Part shown: positions 36,547-45,549 of the stretch, piece by piece
Layout of the letters: the number at the start of each line of letters is the position of its first letter
How positions within the stretch are numbered: position 1 is the stretch's first letter
NCBI GenBank assembly: GCA_965652295.1
Contig: CBFGTS010000005.1
Location: forward strand, 160,001 to 224,000
Length of the DNA: 64,000 nt
From: an uncultured Haloferula sp.
GTDB lineage: Bacteria; Verrucomicrobiota; Verrucomicrobiia; Verrucomicrobiales; Akkermansiaceae
Direction of reading: 5' to 3'
Program-made: the position numbers and the translations under genes
The notes under the pieces: model-generated
Told to the model about the DNA's origin: nothing
What the model saw: only the letters and a program-made list of their open reading frames with translations
Databases searched by the model: none

Positions 36547-38148
36547 ATGAAATCGCTCCACTTCAGTTTTTTTCTCGCCGCTGGCATCGCCCTCGTTTCT
36601 CCAGCCAAAGCCGAGCCATTCACCTGGGGCGATTGGCCGGAGTGGGGGGATCAGAAGGACGGCACCTACCGCAACCCCGTCCTGCCCGGTGACTACAGCG
36701 ACCTCGATTGCATCCGCGTCGGCTCCGACTACTACGCCATCTCATCCACTTTTCAGTATTCGCCCGGCATGATCGTGTTGCGATCGAAGGATCTCGTGAA
36801 CTGGCGGATCATCGGCCACGTGGTCTCCGACGTCACCCAGATCGGCCCCGACATGAACTGGGACCGCATGAACCGCTACGGCCGCGGCATCTGGGCCGGT
36901 GCCATCCGCCATCACGACGGCAAGTTCTGGGTCTATTTCGGCACGCCCGAGGAAGGTTACTTCATGAGTTCCACCAAGGATCCGGTCGGCCCCTGGGAGC
37001 CCCTCCACCGTATGACCCAACAGGGCGGCTGGGACGATTGCTGCCCGTTCTGGGACGACGACGGCCAGGGCTACTTCGTCGGCACCCACTTCAAGGGCGG
37101 TTACAAAACCTGGCTCTACAAGCTCACCCCCGACGGAAAGGACCTCATCCACGACTCGCGCGTGCTCATCAATGAGGGTTCCCGCCGCGAGGCCAACAAG
37201 CTCTTCAAAGTAGGCGACACCTACTACCACTTCTATAGCGAGGTCGGAAACGGCGGGCGCTACGTGATGATGCAGCGCTCGAAAAACATCACCGGCCCCT
37301 ACACCGAAAAGCGCCAACTCAGCCACGTGCAGCTTGAGTTCCACGAACCGAACCAAGGCGGCATCGTCCAGACCGAGAAGGGCGACTGGTATTTCCTGAC
37401 CCACCACGGCAACGGCGACTGGCAAGGACGCTCCTCCAGCCTCCTGCCCGTCACCTGGGTGGACGGCTGGCCGGTGCTCGGCAAGGTCGGCGACGACGGC
37501 ATCGGCACGATGGTCTGGAGCGGCAAAAAACCAGTCCAGGGCGGTCCCCTGCTCGTCCCCCAAAGCGACGACGATTTCTCCGGCCCCCGGCTCGGCGTGC
37601 AGTGGGAATGGAACTACCAGCCGCGTGCCGAAAAATGGTCATTCACCGAGCGCTCCGGCTGGTTGCGCTTGCATGCTTGGAAACCACTCCGGCACGACGA
37701 CCTCAAGACCGCCGGAAACACGCTCACGCAGCGCGTCATGCGCACCAAGCGCAACGTCGTCACCGTCCAGCTCGACCCGTCCGGCATGGCCGATGGCCAG
37801 GTCGCCGGCCTCAGCCATTACCATCGAAACTACGGCACCATCGCCGTGCGCCGGGAAAACGGCAAACTGGCCATCGAGTCCGCGCGAAACCAAACGATCC
37901 AGCCCGGCCCGGAAATCAGCGCAAAACCCCTCTGGCTGCGCTCCGAGTGGGGCTTGGACGGTCTCTGCCGTTTCTCCTACAGCACCAATGGCGAAACCTT
38001 CACGACGTTCGGCGAACCCTACCAATTCGGTTGGACGGACTACCGCGGCGAACGCATCGGCCTGTTTTCCTACAACAATACCGGCGAGGCCGGTTACGCC
38101 GACTTCGACGCCTTCACTTATCGCTACGATTCACCCCTGACCCGCTAA
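36547..38148 (+). CDS. GH43 beta-xylosidase/arabinofuranosidase with C-terminal beta-sandwich
   Basis: Signal peptide; NPVLPGDYSDLD, SKDLVNW, IWAG and DCCPFWDDDG; C-terminal SDDF...QWEWN. Confidence 0.9.
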   Translation: MKSLHFSFFLAAGIALVSPAKAEPFTWGDWPEWGDQKDGTYRNPVLPGDYSDLDCIRVGSDYYAISSTFQYSPGMIVLRSKDLVNWRIIGHVVSDVTQIGPDMNWDRMNRYGRGIWAGAIRHHDGKFWVYFGTPEEGYFMSSTKDPVGPWEPLHRMTQQGGWDDCCPFWDDDGQGYFVGTHFKGGYKTWLYKLTPDGKDLIHDSRVLINEGSRREANKLFKVGDTYYHFYSEVGNGGRYVMMQRSKNITGPYTEKRQLSHVQLEFHEPNQGGIVQTEKGDWYFLTHHGNGDWQGRSSSLLPVTWVDGWPVLGKVGDDGIGTMVWSGKKPVQGGPLLVPQSDDDFSGPRLGVQWEWNYQPRAEKWSFTERSGWLRLHAWKPLRHDDLKTAGNTLTQRVMRTKRNVVTVQLDPSGMADGQVAGLSHYHRNYGTIAVRRENGKLAIESARNQTIQPGPEISAKPLWLRSEWGLDGLCRFSYSTNGETFTTFGEPYQFGWTDYRGERIGLFSYNNTGEAGYADFDAFTYRYDSPLTR

Positions 38149-38152
38149 AGCC

Positions 38153-39538
38153 ATGTCCCCGCGCATTTCCCTTCTTTTCTCCGCCGGCCTGCTGGTCACC
38201 TGCAGTCCAGCCCTCGCCAAGGAGACGCAACATCCCTTCGGCCGCTCCCTCATCCCCGATCTGATGGCCGACCCCAGCATCATTGAGGAAGACGGCGTCT
38301 TCTACTGCTACGCCACCACCGACGGCTGGGGCAAACACCTCTCCACCTCCGGCACGCCGGTCGTCTGGAAGTCCCGCGACTTCGTCAACTGGAGCTTCGA
38401 AGGCTCGATCTACCCCGACAACTTCGACGCCAAATACTGGGCTCCCAGCGCTCCGTTCAAACACGACGACCGCTACTACCTCTTCCCGACCCTTGACGGA
38501 CAAATCACCGCCACCGTGTCCGACAAGCTCACCGGCCCGTTCAAGACTCTGGATGGCAAGGACATCTACCCCGATTCGGGCTGGAAGCCGTTTCCCATTC
38601 ACCAGATGTCCTCGATCGATGCGGAAATTTTCCGCGACGACGACGGCACCGCCTATATGTACTACTCGCGCCGTAGGGCCGTGAAGCTCAAGCCCGACCT
38701 CTCCGCTCCCGACGGCCCGGTCATCACCTTTGACACGGGCGAAGGCAACTACTCCGAAGGCCCCTGGATCTTCAAACGCAAGGGCATCTACTACTACCTC
38801 TACACCCTCGGCGGCGGCGAAAACTATTCCTACGCCTACCTCATGAGCCGCGAATCGCCGATCGGTCCCTGGACCATTCCGGCTGACAAAATCATTTCGC
38901 AAACCGATCCCTCGGTCGGCATCTACGGTCCGGGCCACGGCTGTTTCTTGAACCCGGAGGGTACCGACGACTGGTATTTCATCCACCTCGAATTCGGACG
39001 CAGCAGCACCAACCGCCAGATTTTCGCCCAGAAGATGGAGTTCAACGCCGACGGCACGATCAAGCCGATCAAGCTGACCAACCAAGGCGTCGGCGCGCTT
39101 CGCAAGGTCTCCGGGCGCCGCCCTAATCTCGCGCTCAAAGGCACCGCCACCGCGTCCTCCATCCGCCCGGATTGGCACATCCGCATGACGGCCCCCACGC
39201 CCGCGCGCATCGAGCCCTTCACCCCGGATCTCGTGATCGACGAATCCAATGGCAGCCGCTGGATGCCCGCCGCCGGTGACAAGTCGCCCTGGTGGCAGAT
39301 CGACCTCGGCGAGGCCCGCGACATCATCGGCACCGAAGCGTATTTCGTGAAACCCGCCGCCGGCCACGCTTACAAGCTGGAGTCGTCCCTCGACGGCAAA
39401 ATCTGGTCGCCCTACGGCGGACACCAGGACGTGCAGCTGCGCTCTCCGCACGTGGACCAAAAGCCCGCCCGCGCCCGCTACCTGCGGCTCACGATCCTTC
39501 AAGGAGAGCCCGGCCTCTGGGAATTCCGCGTTTATTGA
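38153..39538 (+). CDS. GH43 glycosidase + F5/8 type C (CBM32-like) domain
   Basis: ADPS, YWAPS, IDAEIFRDDDG, EGP and GPGH; WWQIDLG...ARYLRL. Confidence 0.9.
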   Translation: MSPRISLLFSAGLLVTCSPALAKETQHPFGRSLIPDLMADPSIIEEDGVFYCYATTDGWGKHLSTSGTPVVWKSRDFVNWSFEGSIYPDNFDAKYWAPSAPFKHDDRYYLFPTLDGQITATVSDKLTGPFKTLDGKDIYPDSGWKPFPIHQMSSIDAEIFRDDDGTAYMYYSRRRAVKLKPDLSAPDGPVITFDTGEGNYSEGPWIFKRKGIYYYLYTLGGGENYSYAYLMSRESPIGPWTIPADKIISQTDPSVGIYGPGHGCFLNPEGTDDWYFIHLEFGRSSTNRQIFAQKMEFNADGTIKPIKLTNQGVGALRKVSGRRPNLALKGTATASSIRPDWHIRMTAPTPARIEPFTPDLVIDESNGSRWMPAAGDKSPWWQIDLGEARDIIGTEAYFVKPAAGHAYKLESSLDGKIWSPYGGHQDVQLRSPHVDQKPARARYLRLTILQGEPGLWEFRVY

Positions 39539-39567
39539 ACCTCTGCCACCCCGCCCGAGTCATCGTC

Positions 39568-40956
39568 ATGCAACTGCCTAAAATCGCCCTCGCCTTTCTA
39601 AGCCTCCTCCTCTTCGCCGCCCCGGTTCTCGCCGCTCCGGCCGGCTACCTCTTCGTCACCTTTGGCGGACAGCCGAATGAACTCTCCGAGCAGGTTTACT
39701 TTTCCGCCAGCCGCGACGGACGCAAGTGGACCGTTCTCAACAACGGCGACCCCGTGCTCGTTTCCGACATCGGCCAGAAAGGCGCTCGCGACCCCTACAT
39801 CCTCCGCTCCCACGACGGCAAAAAATTCTTCATTATCGCGACCGACCTCTCGATGCACCACCTCCGCGACTGGGGCCGCGCCGTGCGAGAAGGCAGCAAA
39901 TCCATCGTGATCTGGGAATCCACCGACCTCGTGAACTGGTCCGAGCCGCGCCTCGTCGAAGTCGCTCCCGATGACGCCGGCTGCACTTGGGCCCCCGAGG
40001 CCATCTACGACGAGGAAACCGGCGACTACCTCGTCTTCTGGGCCTCCACCACCGGGCGCGACGGTTTCAGAAAACAGCGCATCTGGGCCGCCCGCACCAA
40101 GGACTTCAAGACCTTCGGCGAGCCCTTCATCTATATCGAAAAACCCAACCACGTCATCGACACCACCATCGTCCGCGAGGGCGACGCCTACTACCGCTTC
40201 ACCAAGGACGAGGTCCACAAGGCCATCACCATGGAAACGGGCCCGCACCTCTCCGGTCCCTGGACCGACCTCCCCGGCTACAACCTCGGCAAGCTCGTCG
40301 GCTACGAGGGGCCGCAGATCTATCAGCTCGAAGCCGCCCGCCCCGGCAAGCCCGCCACCTGGGGCCTGATTTTCGATCACTACCGGGAAGGACGGGGCTA
40401 CGTCCCTTGGACCACGACCAACCTCGCCAGCGGTGATTTCCAGGCCGCCGAAGGCTTCAAGTTTCCCTTCAAGTTCCGCCACGGCTCCGTGCTGCCCCTC
40501 ACCGCCACCGAGTTCAAGGCCATCACCACCCGCTGGCCCGGCAGCCCCGTCGTGAGTCTCTCGCCCTTCGATCAGCCGGAAAAAACCATCCGCCACAAAC
40601 GCTTCCAGCTTCAGCTCGACGAAAACGTCATTCCCGCCGAGGACGGCCGTTGGTATCTTGTTTCCGGTCTCGACGGCGGCCGCGACACCGTCTCCTTCCG
40701 CTCGCACAACTTCCCCGACCGCTACTTCGCGGGCAACGCCGCCGGCGTCGGTGTGCAGCCGAACGACGGCACACCAGACTTCGCGGAAAAAGCGAGCTTC
40801 GTCCGCGTGCCCGGCCTGGCTTCCGACGACGGCGTTTCCTTCCACCTCAAGGCCGAACCCAAGCTCTACCTCAAAGCCGAACCCTCCGGTGTGACCATCG
40901 GCCCTGCTTCGTCGAAATCCGACCGCCGCGCCGCCACCTTCAACCTCCACGAATAA
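39568..40956 (+). CDS. GH43 glycosidase + AbfB (CBM42) domain
   Basis: GYLFVTF, RDPYI, WAPEAIYD, VIDTTI, EGP and RHGSV; C-terminal VSFRSHNFPDRY...ASFVRVPGLA...ATF. Confidence 0.88.
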   Translation: MQLPKIALAFLSLLLFAAPVLAAPAGYLFVTFGGQPNELSEQVYFSASRDGRKWTVLNNGDPVLVSDIGQKGARDPYILRSHDGKKFFIIATDLSMHHLRDWGRAVREGSKSIVIWESTDLVNWSEPRLVEVAPDDAGCTWAPEAIYDEETGDYLVFWASTTGRDGFRKQRIWAARTKDFKTFGEPFIYIEKPNHVIDTTIVREGDAYYRFTKDEVHKAITMETGPHLSGPWTDLPGYNLGKLVGYEGPQIYQLEAARPGKPATWGLIFDHYREGRGYVPWTTTNLASGDFQAAEGFKFPFKFRHGSVLPLTATEFKAITTRWPGSPVVSLSPFDQPEKTIRHKRFQLQLDENVIPAEDGRWYLVSGLDGGRDTVSFRSHNFPDRYFAGNAAGVGVQPNDGTPDFAEKASFVRVPGLASDDGVSFHLKAEPKLYLKAEPSGVTIGPASSKSDRRAATFNLHE

Positions 40957-40993
40957 GCGTCTCAGCCGCACTCACGCTAAACCCTTCCCAGCC

Positions 40994-42961
40994 ATGCCAT
41001 CCCGTTTCCTTGCCCTCGCCGCATCTCTCGTCGGTGCCCTCGCACCGGCCCAGGCGCAACCCACTACCGTCACCGTACAGGCGGGTGCTCCGGGCAAAGC
41101 CATCAGCCCTGATCTCATCGGCATCTTTTACGAGGATCTCAGCCACTCCGCCGATGGCGGACTCTACGCCGAACTCGTGCAAAACCGCGACTTCGAATAC
41201 TCCTCCGCCGACCGGCTTGAATGGAACTCGCTGACATCCTGGGAAGTGGTCCACCTCGACGGAGCCCGCGGCAGACTCACCGCGGAGTTTTCCAAACCGC
41301 TTCACGTCAACACGCCGCACTACGCCGTGCTCACCATCGAGTCGCCCGAAGGTCAGCTCGGACTCCGCAACGGAGGCTTCGACGGTATCCCCGTGAAGGC
41401 CGGCGAACACTATGACTTCTCGCTCTTCGCCCGCCGCGTCTCCGGTGCCAGCCAGCCGATCCACGTCCGCCTCGAAAGCAAGACCGGTGCCCTCCTCGGC
41501 GAAGCGGCCCTGCCCGCACCCACCGGATCGTGGGCCGAATACACCGCGCGCATTACCGCCAAGGACACCGATCCCGACGCCCGCCTCGTCGTCACAAGCT
41601 CCGGCCAGGGCCGGCTCGCCCTCGATCACATCTCCCTCTTCCCCGAGAAAACCTTCCGCAACCGCCCCAATGGTCTCCGTGCCGACCTCGCGCAAATCAT
41701 CGCCGACCTGAAGCCGAAATTCATGCGCTTCCCCGGCGGCTGCCTCGTCCACGGCGACGGCCTCGACAACATCTACCACTGGAAAGACACCATCGGTCCC
41801 GTCGAGCAACGCAAGGGCCAGCGCAACATCTGGAACTATCACCAGACGGTCGGGCTCGGCTACTACGAGTACTTCCAGTTCTGCGAGGACATCGGCGCCA
41901 AGCCCATCCCCATCGTCGCCGCCGGCGTCTCCTGCCAGAACACCGACGCCCGTTTCACCAAACGCTGGGGCCACGGCCAGGAGTGCATCCCCATGGACCA
42001 GATGGACGCCTACGTGCAGGACGTGCTCGACCTCATCGAATACGCCAACGGCCCCGTCACCTCGACATGGGGCGCCAAGCGCGCCGCCGCCGGCCACCCC
42101 GAGCCCTTCGGCCTCGAATACCTCGGCATCGGCAACGAAGACCACATCACCCCGGCCTTCCGCGAGCGCTTCGAGATGCTCTACAACGCCGTGAAAACCA
42201 AGCACCCGGAGATCACCGTCATCGGCACCGTCGGCCCCAACCCCGATGGCCCGGACTACGACAACGGCTGGAAAATCGCCAACGATCTCCAGGTTCCCAT
42301 GGTGGACGAGCACGGCTACAAATCCCCGCAGTGGCTCTGGGAAAACCTCCGCCGCTACGACGCCTACGACCGCTCCAAGTCAAAGGTCTATCTCGGTGAA
42401 TGGGCCGCCTTTGACGACAAGCGCCGCAGCACCCTCCGCGCCGCCATTTCCGAAGCCGCCTACCTCACCGGCCTCGAACGCAACGGCGACGTCGTGACCT
42501 TCGCCTCCTACGCCCCGCTCCTCGCCAAGCGCGACCACACCCACTGGAACCCCAACCTCATCTACTTCACCAACACGGAGGTTTTCCCGACCATCGGCTA
42601 CCACGTGCAAAAATTGTTCAGCGTGAACAACGGCGACACCTGGCTGACGACCACCGTCAAGGATCCCGCTCCCGCCGACTTCGCCGCCTCCACCGTGAAG
42701 AACAGCGCCCAGAGCGCCGTCATCCTCAAGCTCGTCAACGGCGCCAACTCGCCCTGGCCCGTCCGCATCGAGCTGACTGGTGCCAAACGCGTCCCCGCCA
42801 CCGCCGAGTTCACCGTGCTCGCCGGCCCCGACGCCAACGTGGTGAACGACTACGGCAGCCCGAACACCGTGCTTCCAAAGACCAATCGCCAACCTATCTC
42901 CGCCGCCTTCGACTACGAGGCCCCCGCGAACTCGCTCACCGTCATCCGCATCACACCATGA
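40994..42961 (+). CDS. GH51 alpha-L-arabinofuranosidase
   Basis: GIFYED...ADGGLYAELVQNRDFE, RFPGGC, GIGNE, DEH, GEW and SYAPLL. Confidence 0.93.
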   Translation: MPSRFLALAASLVGALAPAQAQPTTVTVQAGAPGKAISPDLIGIFYEDLSHSADGGLYAELVQNRDFEYSSADRLEWNSLTSWEVVHLDGARGRLTAEFSKPLHVNTPHYAVLTIESPEGQLGLRNGGFDGIPVKAGEHYDFSLFARRVSGASQPIHVRLESKTGALLGEAALPAPTGSWAEYTARITAKDTDPDARLVVTSSGQGRLALDHISLFPEKTFRNRPNGLRADLAQIIADLKPKFMRFPGGCLVHGDGLDNIYHWKDTIGPVEQRKGQRNIWNYHQTVGLGYYEYFQFCEDIGAKPIPIVAAGVSCQNTDARFTKRWGHGQECIPMDQMDAYVQDVLDLIEYANGPVTSTWGAKRAAAGHPEPFGLEYLGIGNEDHITPAFRERFEMLYNAVKTKHPEITVIGTVGPNPDGPDYDNGWKIANDLQVPMVDEHGYKSPQWLWENLRRYDAYDRSKSKVYLGEWAAFDDKRRSTLRAAISEAAYLTGLERNGDVVTFASYAPLLAKRDHTHWNPNLIYFTNTEVFPTIGYHVQKLFSVNNGDTWLTTTVKDPAPADFAASTVKNSAQSAVILKLVNGANSPWPVRIELTGAKRVPATAEFTVLAGPDANVVNDYGSPNTVLPKTNRQPISAAFDYEAPANSLTVIRITP

Positions 42962-45549
42962 CCCCGCGTTCCCGGTCGGTCTCCGCCTCGTTGACGCTCC
43001 TCCTGGCCCCGCTGGCCGTGCTGGCGGAGCCGGACCCGCTCACCGCGCCGCTCGCGAAGGAAAACCCGCTCTACCTCGACACCCAAGCGTCGATCGACGA
43101 CCGCGTGGCAGATCTCGTGTCCCGCATGACGCTCGAGGAGAAGGCGCGGGCGCTCAACCACAACGGAGCGGACATCGCGCGCGTCGGCCTCCGCGGCGAC
43201 AAGTGGAACCAATGCCTCAACGGCGTGCAATGGAGCGAGCCCACCACGCTTTTCCCGATCTGCACCGGGTTGGCGGCAACATGGAATCCCGAGTTCGTCC
43301 AAAACGAAGTGGCGCGCGTCCTCTCCGACGAGGCCCGCGGCATCTACAACGGCTGGCGGCGAGACCCCAAGGCCCCCGGTCAGCACAAAGGGCTCATCTA
43401 CCGGGCGCCCGTCATCAACATCGAACGCAACCCGTATTGGGGCCGCAATTACGAGGCTTGGGGCGAGGACCCGTTTCTCACCGGCCGCATGGGCGCCGCC
43501 TACGTGAAGGGTTTGCAAGGCGATGATCCGAAGCACTTGAAAATCGCGTCCACCCTCAAGCATTACGCGGTGAACAATGTCGAGATCGACCGCACGAAGC
43601 TCGACGCGCAGGTGAGCGAGCGCATGCTCCACGAATACTGGCTCCCGCATTTCCGCGACGCCGTCGTCGAGGGCAAGGTGGCCTCGCTCATGGCGAGCTA
43701 CAACGCGATCAACGGCATCCCTAACAACATCAACCACTGGCTCCTCACCGACCTGCTGAAGGATCAGTGGGGCCACGAAGGCTTCGTCGTCTCGGACCTC
43801 GGCGGCGTAAAAACGATGGTCGAGGGCCACGAAAACAAGCAGATGACCTACATCGACGCCGTGGCCCAATCAGTGATGGCCGGCTGCGACTTTTCCGACC
43901 GGGAATACGAGCGACACATCCCGGCCGCCGTGCGAGCAGGCAAACTCACCGAGGAGCGCTTGAACGATGCGCTGACCCGCGTGCTGAAAGTCCGTTTCCG
44001 GCTTGGGGAGTTCGATCCGCTCGACGCGAGCCCCTACTGCCGCATTTCCCGCGACGTCGTCAACAGCGCCGCAAACCACGCCGTCGCGCGAAAAGCCGCG
44101 GAGCAATCCATCGTGCTGCTCCATAATCGCGACGCCCTGCTCCCGCTCGATCCGGCGAAGCTCAAGAAAGTCGCGGTGATCGGTCCCTTCGCGGACCTCG
44201 CAATCACCAATGGCTACAACGGCCGTCACGAAGGCGTGATCACGCCGCTGCGGGGCATCCGCGATGCGCTCGGCAAAGAAACCGAAATCATCTCCGCACA
44301 AGGCGCACGCGGAGTGACGAATCCCGCTCTTCAAAACGATTGGGGGAATGCCAGCGGCGGTCGGAGCTTGAAGATGATCTCCGAGTCGAAAGGAGAGTTC
44401 CTCGAGTTCCCGTTCGAGGCCCCGGTCGAGGGCACCTACGAACTCGCTCTACATTTCAAGGCATATCCCACAAGCGGCGTTTTCCAAACCAGCGTGGACG
44501 GAAAGCCGGTCGGCAAACCGATCGACATGTATGCCGCCGGGAAACGCCACGGCATGCAGGCCGAGATCGGGAGCATGGCCCTTTCGAAAGGACGACACAC
44601 GATCCGTTTCTCGGTCAACGGACGGAACCAGGAAAGCCGCGGCTACATCGGCAGTTTCGACAAGCTGTCACTCTCGGGCGCGGCCAAAGCGGGCGTGGAG
44701 GTCGAGAGGGCTGGCGCGGTCAGCCACCTCGGCAGCGGAGAGACCTTCCTCGCCGAGGGCATCGCCGCCGCGAAGGCTGCGGATACCGTGATCCTCTGCC
44801 TCGGCAGCGACACTCGCAACGAGATGGAGGATCTGGACCGCACCTTCCTCGGTCTGCCGGGCAACCAACTCGAACTCGCTCAAGCCGTGATCGCGGCGAA
44901 TCCCCGCACCGTCGTCGTGCTTTTCGGTGCCGGACCGCTGACCATGCCGTGGCTCAAGGAACACGCACCCGCCATGCTACAGGCGTGGTGGCCCGGACAG
45001 GAGGGCGGTGCCGCCGTCGCCGACGTGCTCCTCGGCAAGGTGAATCCCGCCGGTCGCCTCCCGCACACCGTTTACGCTTCCGAGCAACAGGTGCCATCCA
45101 GCGACGAATACGATATCACCAAGGGCTACACCTACATGTATCTGAACGGCCCACCGCTCTACGCCTTCGGCCACGGCCTCAGCTACACGACCTTCAACTA
45201 CTCGAAACTCCGCCTGAGCGCGAAAAACCTTCCCGCCGACGGCGCGCTCACCGTCGCCGTCGATGTCGAAAACACCGGCAAACGCGCCGGCGACGAGGTA
45301 GCCCAACTCTACGTCCACGAGGTGAAGCCCGTCGTGAAACGCCCCGCCAAAGAACTGCGCGGCTTCCAACGCGTCACCCTCGCTCCCGGCGAAAGACGCA
45401 CGCTCACCTTCACCGTCCCCGCCGCCAAACTCGCCTACTGGGACGAGTCCACTCACGCCTTCGTCGTCAACCCCGGTGCCTTCGAGATCCACGTCGGCGC
45501 CTCCTCCGAGGACATCCGCGAAAAGACCCAAATCAAGGTGATCCGTTGA
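42958..45549 (+). CDS. GH3 beta-glycosidase (xylosidase-like) with inserted CBM-like domain and Fn3-like C-terminus
   Basis: GRNYEAWGEDP, KHY, SLMASYNAING, GFVVSDL, WWPGQEGG, FGHGLSYT and KELRGFQR. Confidence 0.93.
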   Translation: MTPRSRSVSASLTLLLAPLAVLAEPDPLTAPLAKENPLYLDTQASIDDRVADLVSRMTLEEKARALNHNGADIARVGLRGDKWNQCLNGVQWSEPTTLFPICTGLAATWNPEFVQNEVARVLSDEARGIYNGWRRDPKAPGQHKGLIYRAPVINIERNPYWGRNYEAWGEDPFLTGRMGAAYVKGLQGDDPKHLKIASTLKHYAVNNVEIDRTKLDAQVSERMLHEYWLPHFRDAVVEGKVASLMASYNAINGIPNNINHWLLTDLLKDQWGHEGFVVSDLGGVKTMVEGHENKQMTYIDAVAQSVMAGCDFSDREYERHIPAAVRAGKLTEERLNDALTRVLKVRFRLGEFDPLDASPYCRISRDVVNSAANHAVARKAAEQSIVLLHNRDALLPLDPAKLKKVAVIGPFADLAITNGYNGRHEGVITPLRGIRDALGKETEIISAQGARGVTNPALQNDWGNASGGRSLKMISESKGEFLEFPFEAPVEGTYELALHFKAYPTSGVFQTSVDGKPVGKPIDMYAAGKRHGMQAEIGSMALSKGRHTIRFSVNGRNQESRGYIGSFDKLSLSGAAKAGVEVERAGAVSHLGSGETFLAEGIAAAKAADTVILCLGSDTRNEMEDLDRTFLGLPGNQLELAQAVIAANPRTVVVLFGAGPLTMPWLKEHAPAMLQAWWPGQEGGAAVADVLLGKVNPAGRLPHTVYASEQQVPSSDEYDITKGYTYMYLNGPPLYAFGHGLSYTTFNYSKLRLSAKNLPADGALTVAVDVENTGKRAGDEVAQLYVHEVKPVVKRPAKELRGFQRVTLAPGERRTLTFTVPAAKLAYWDESTHAFVVNPGAFEIHVGASSEDIREKTQIKVIR

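Noticed and set aside
44340..45548. Apparent 403-aa N-terminal extension of the GH31 (similar extensions at 3509, 20595, 39292 and 54246)
   Set aside because: Out-of-frame overlap with the upstream gene and Arg-rich nonsense. Signal peptides begin at the downstream starts.
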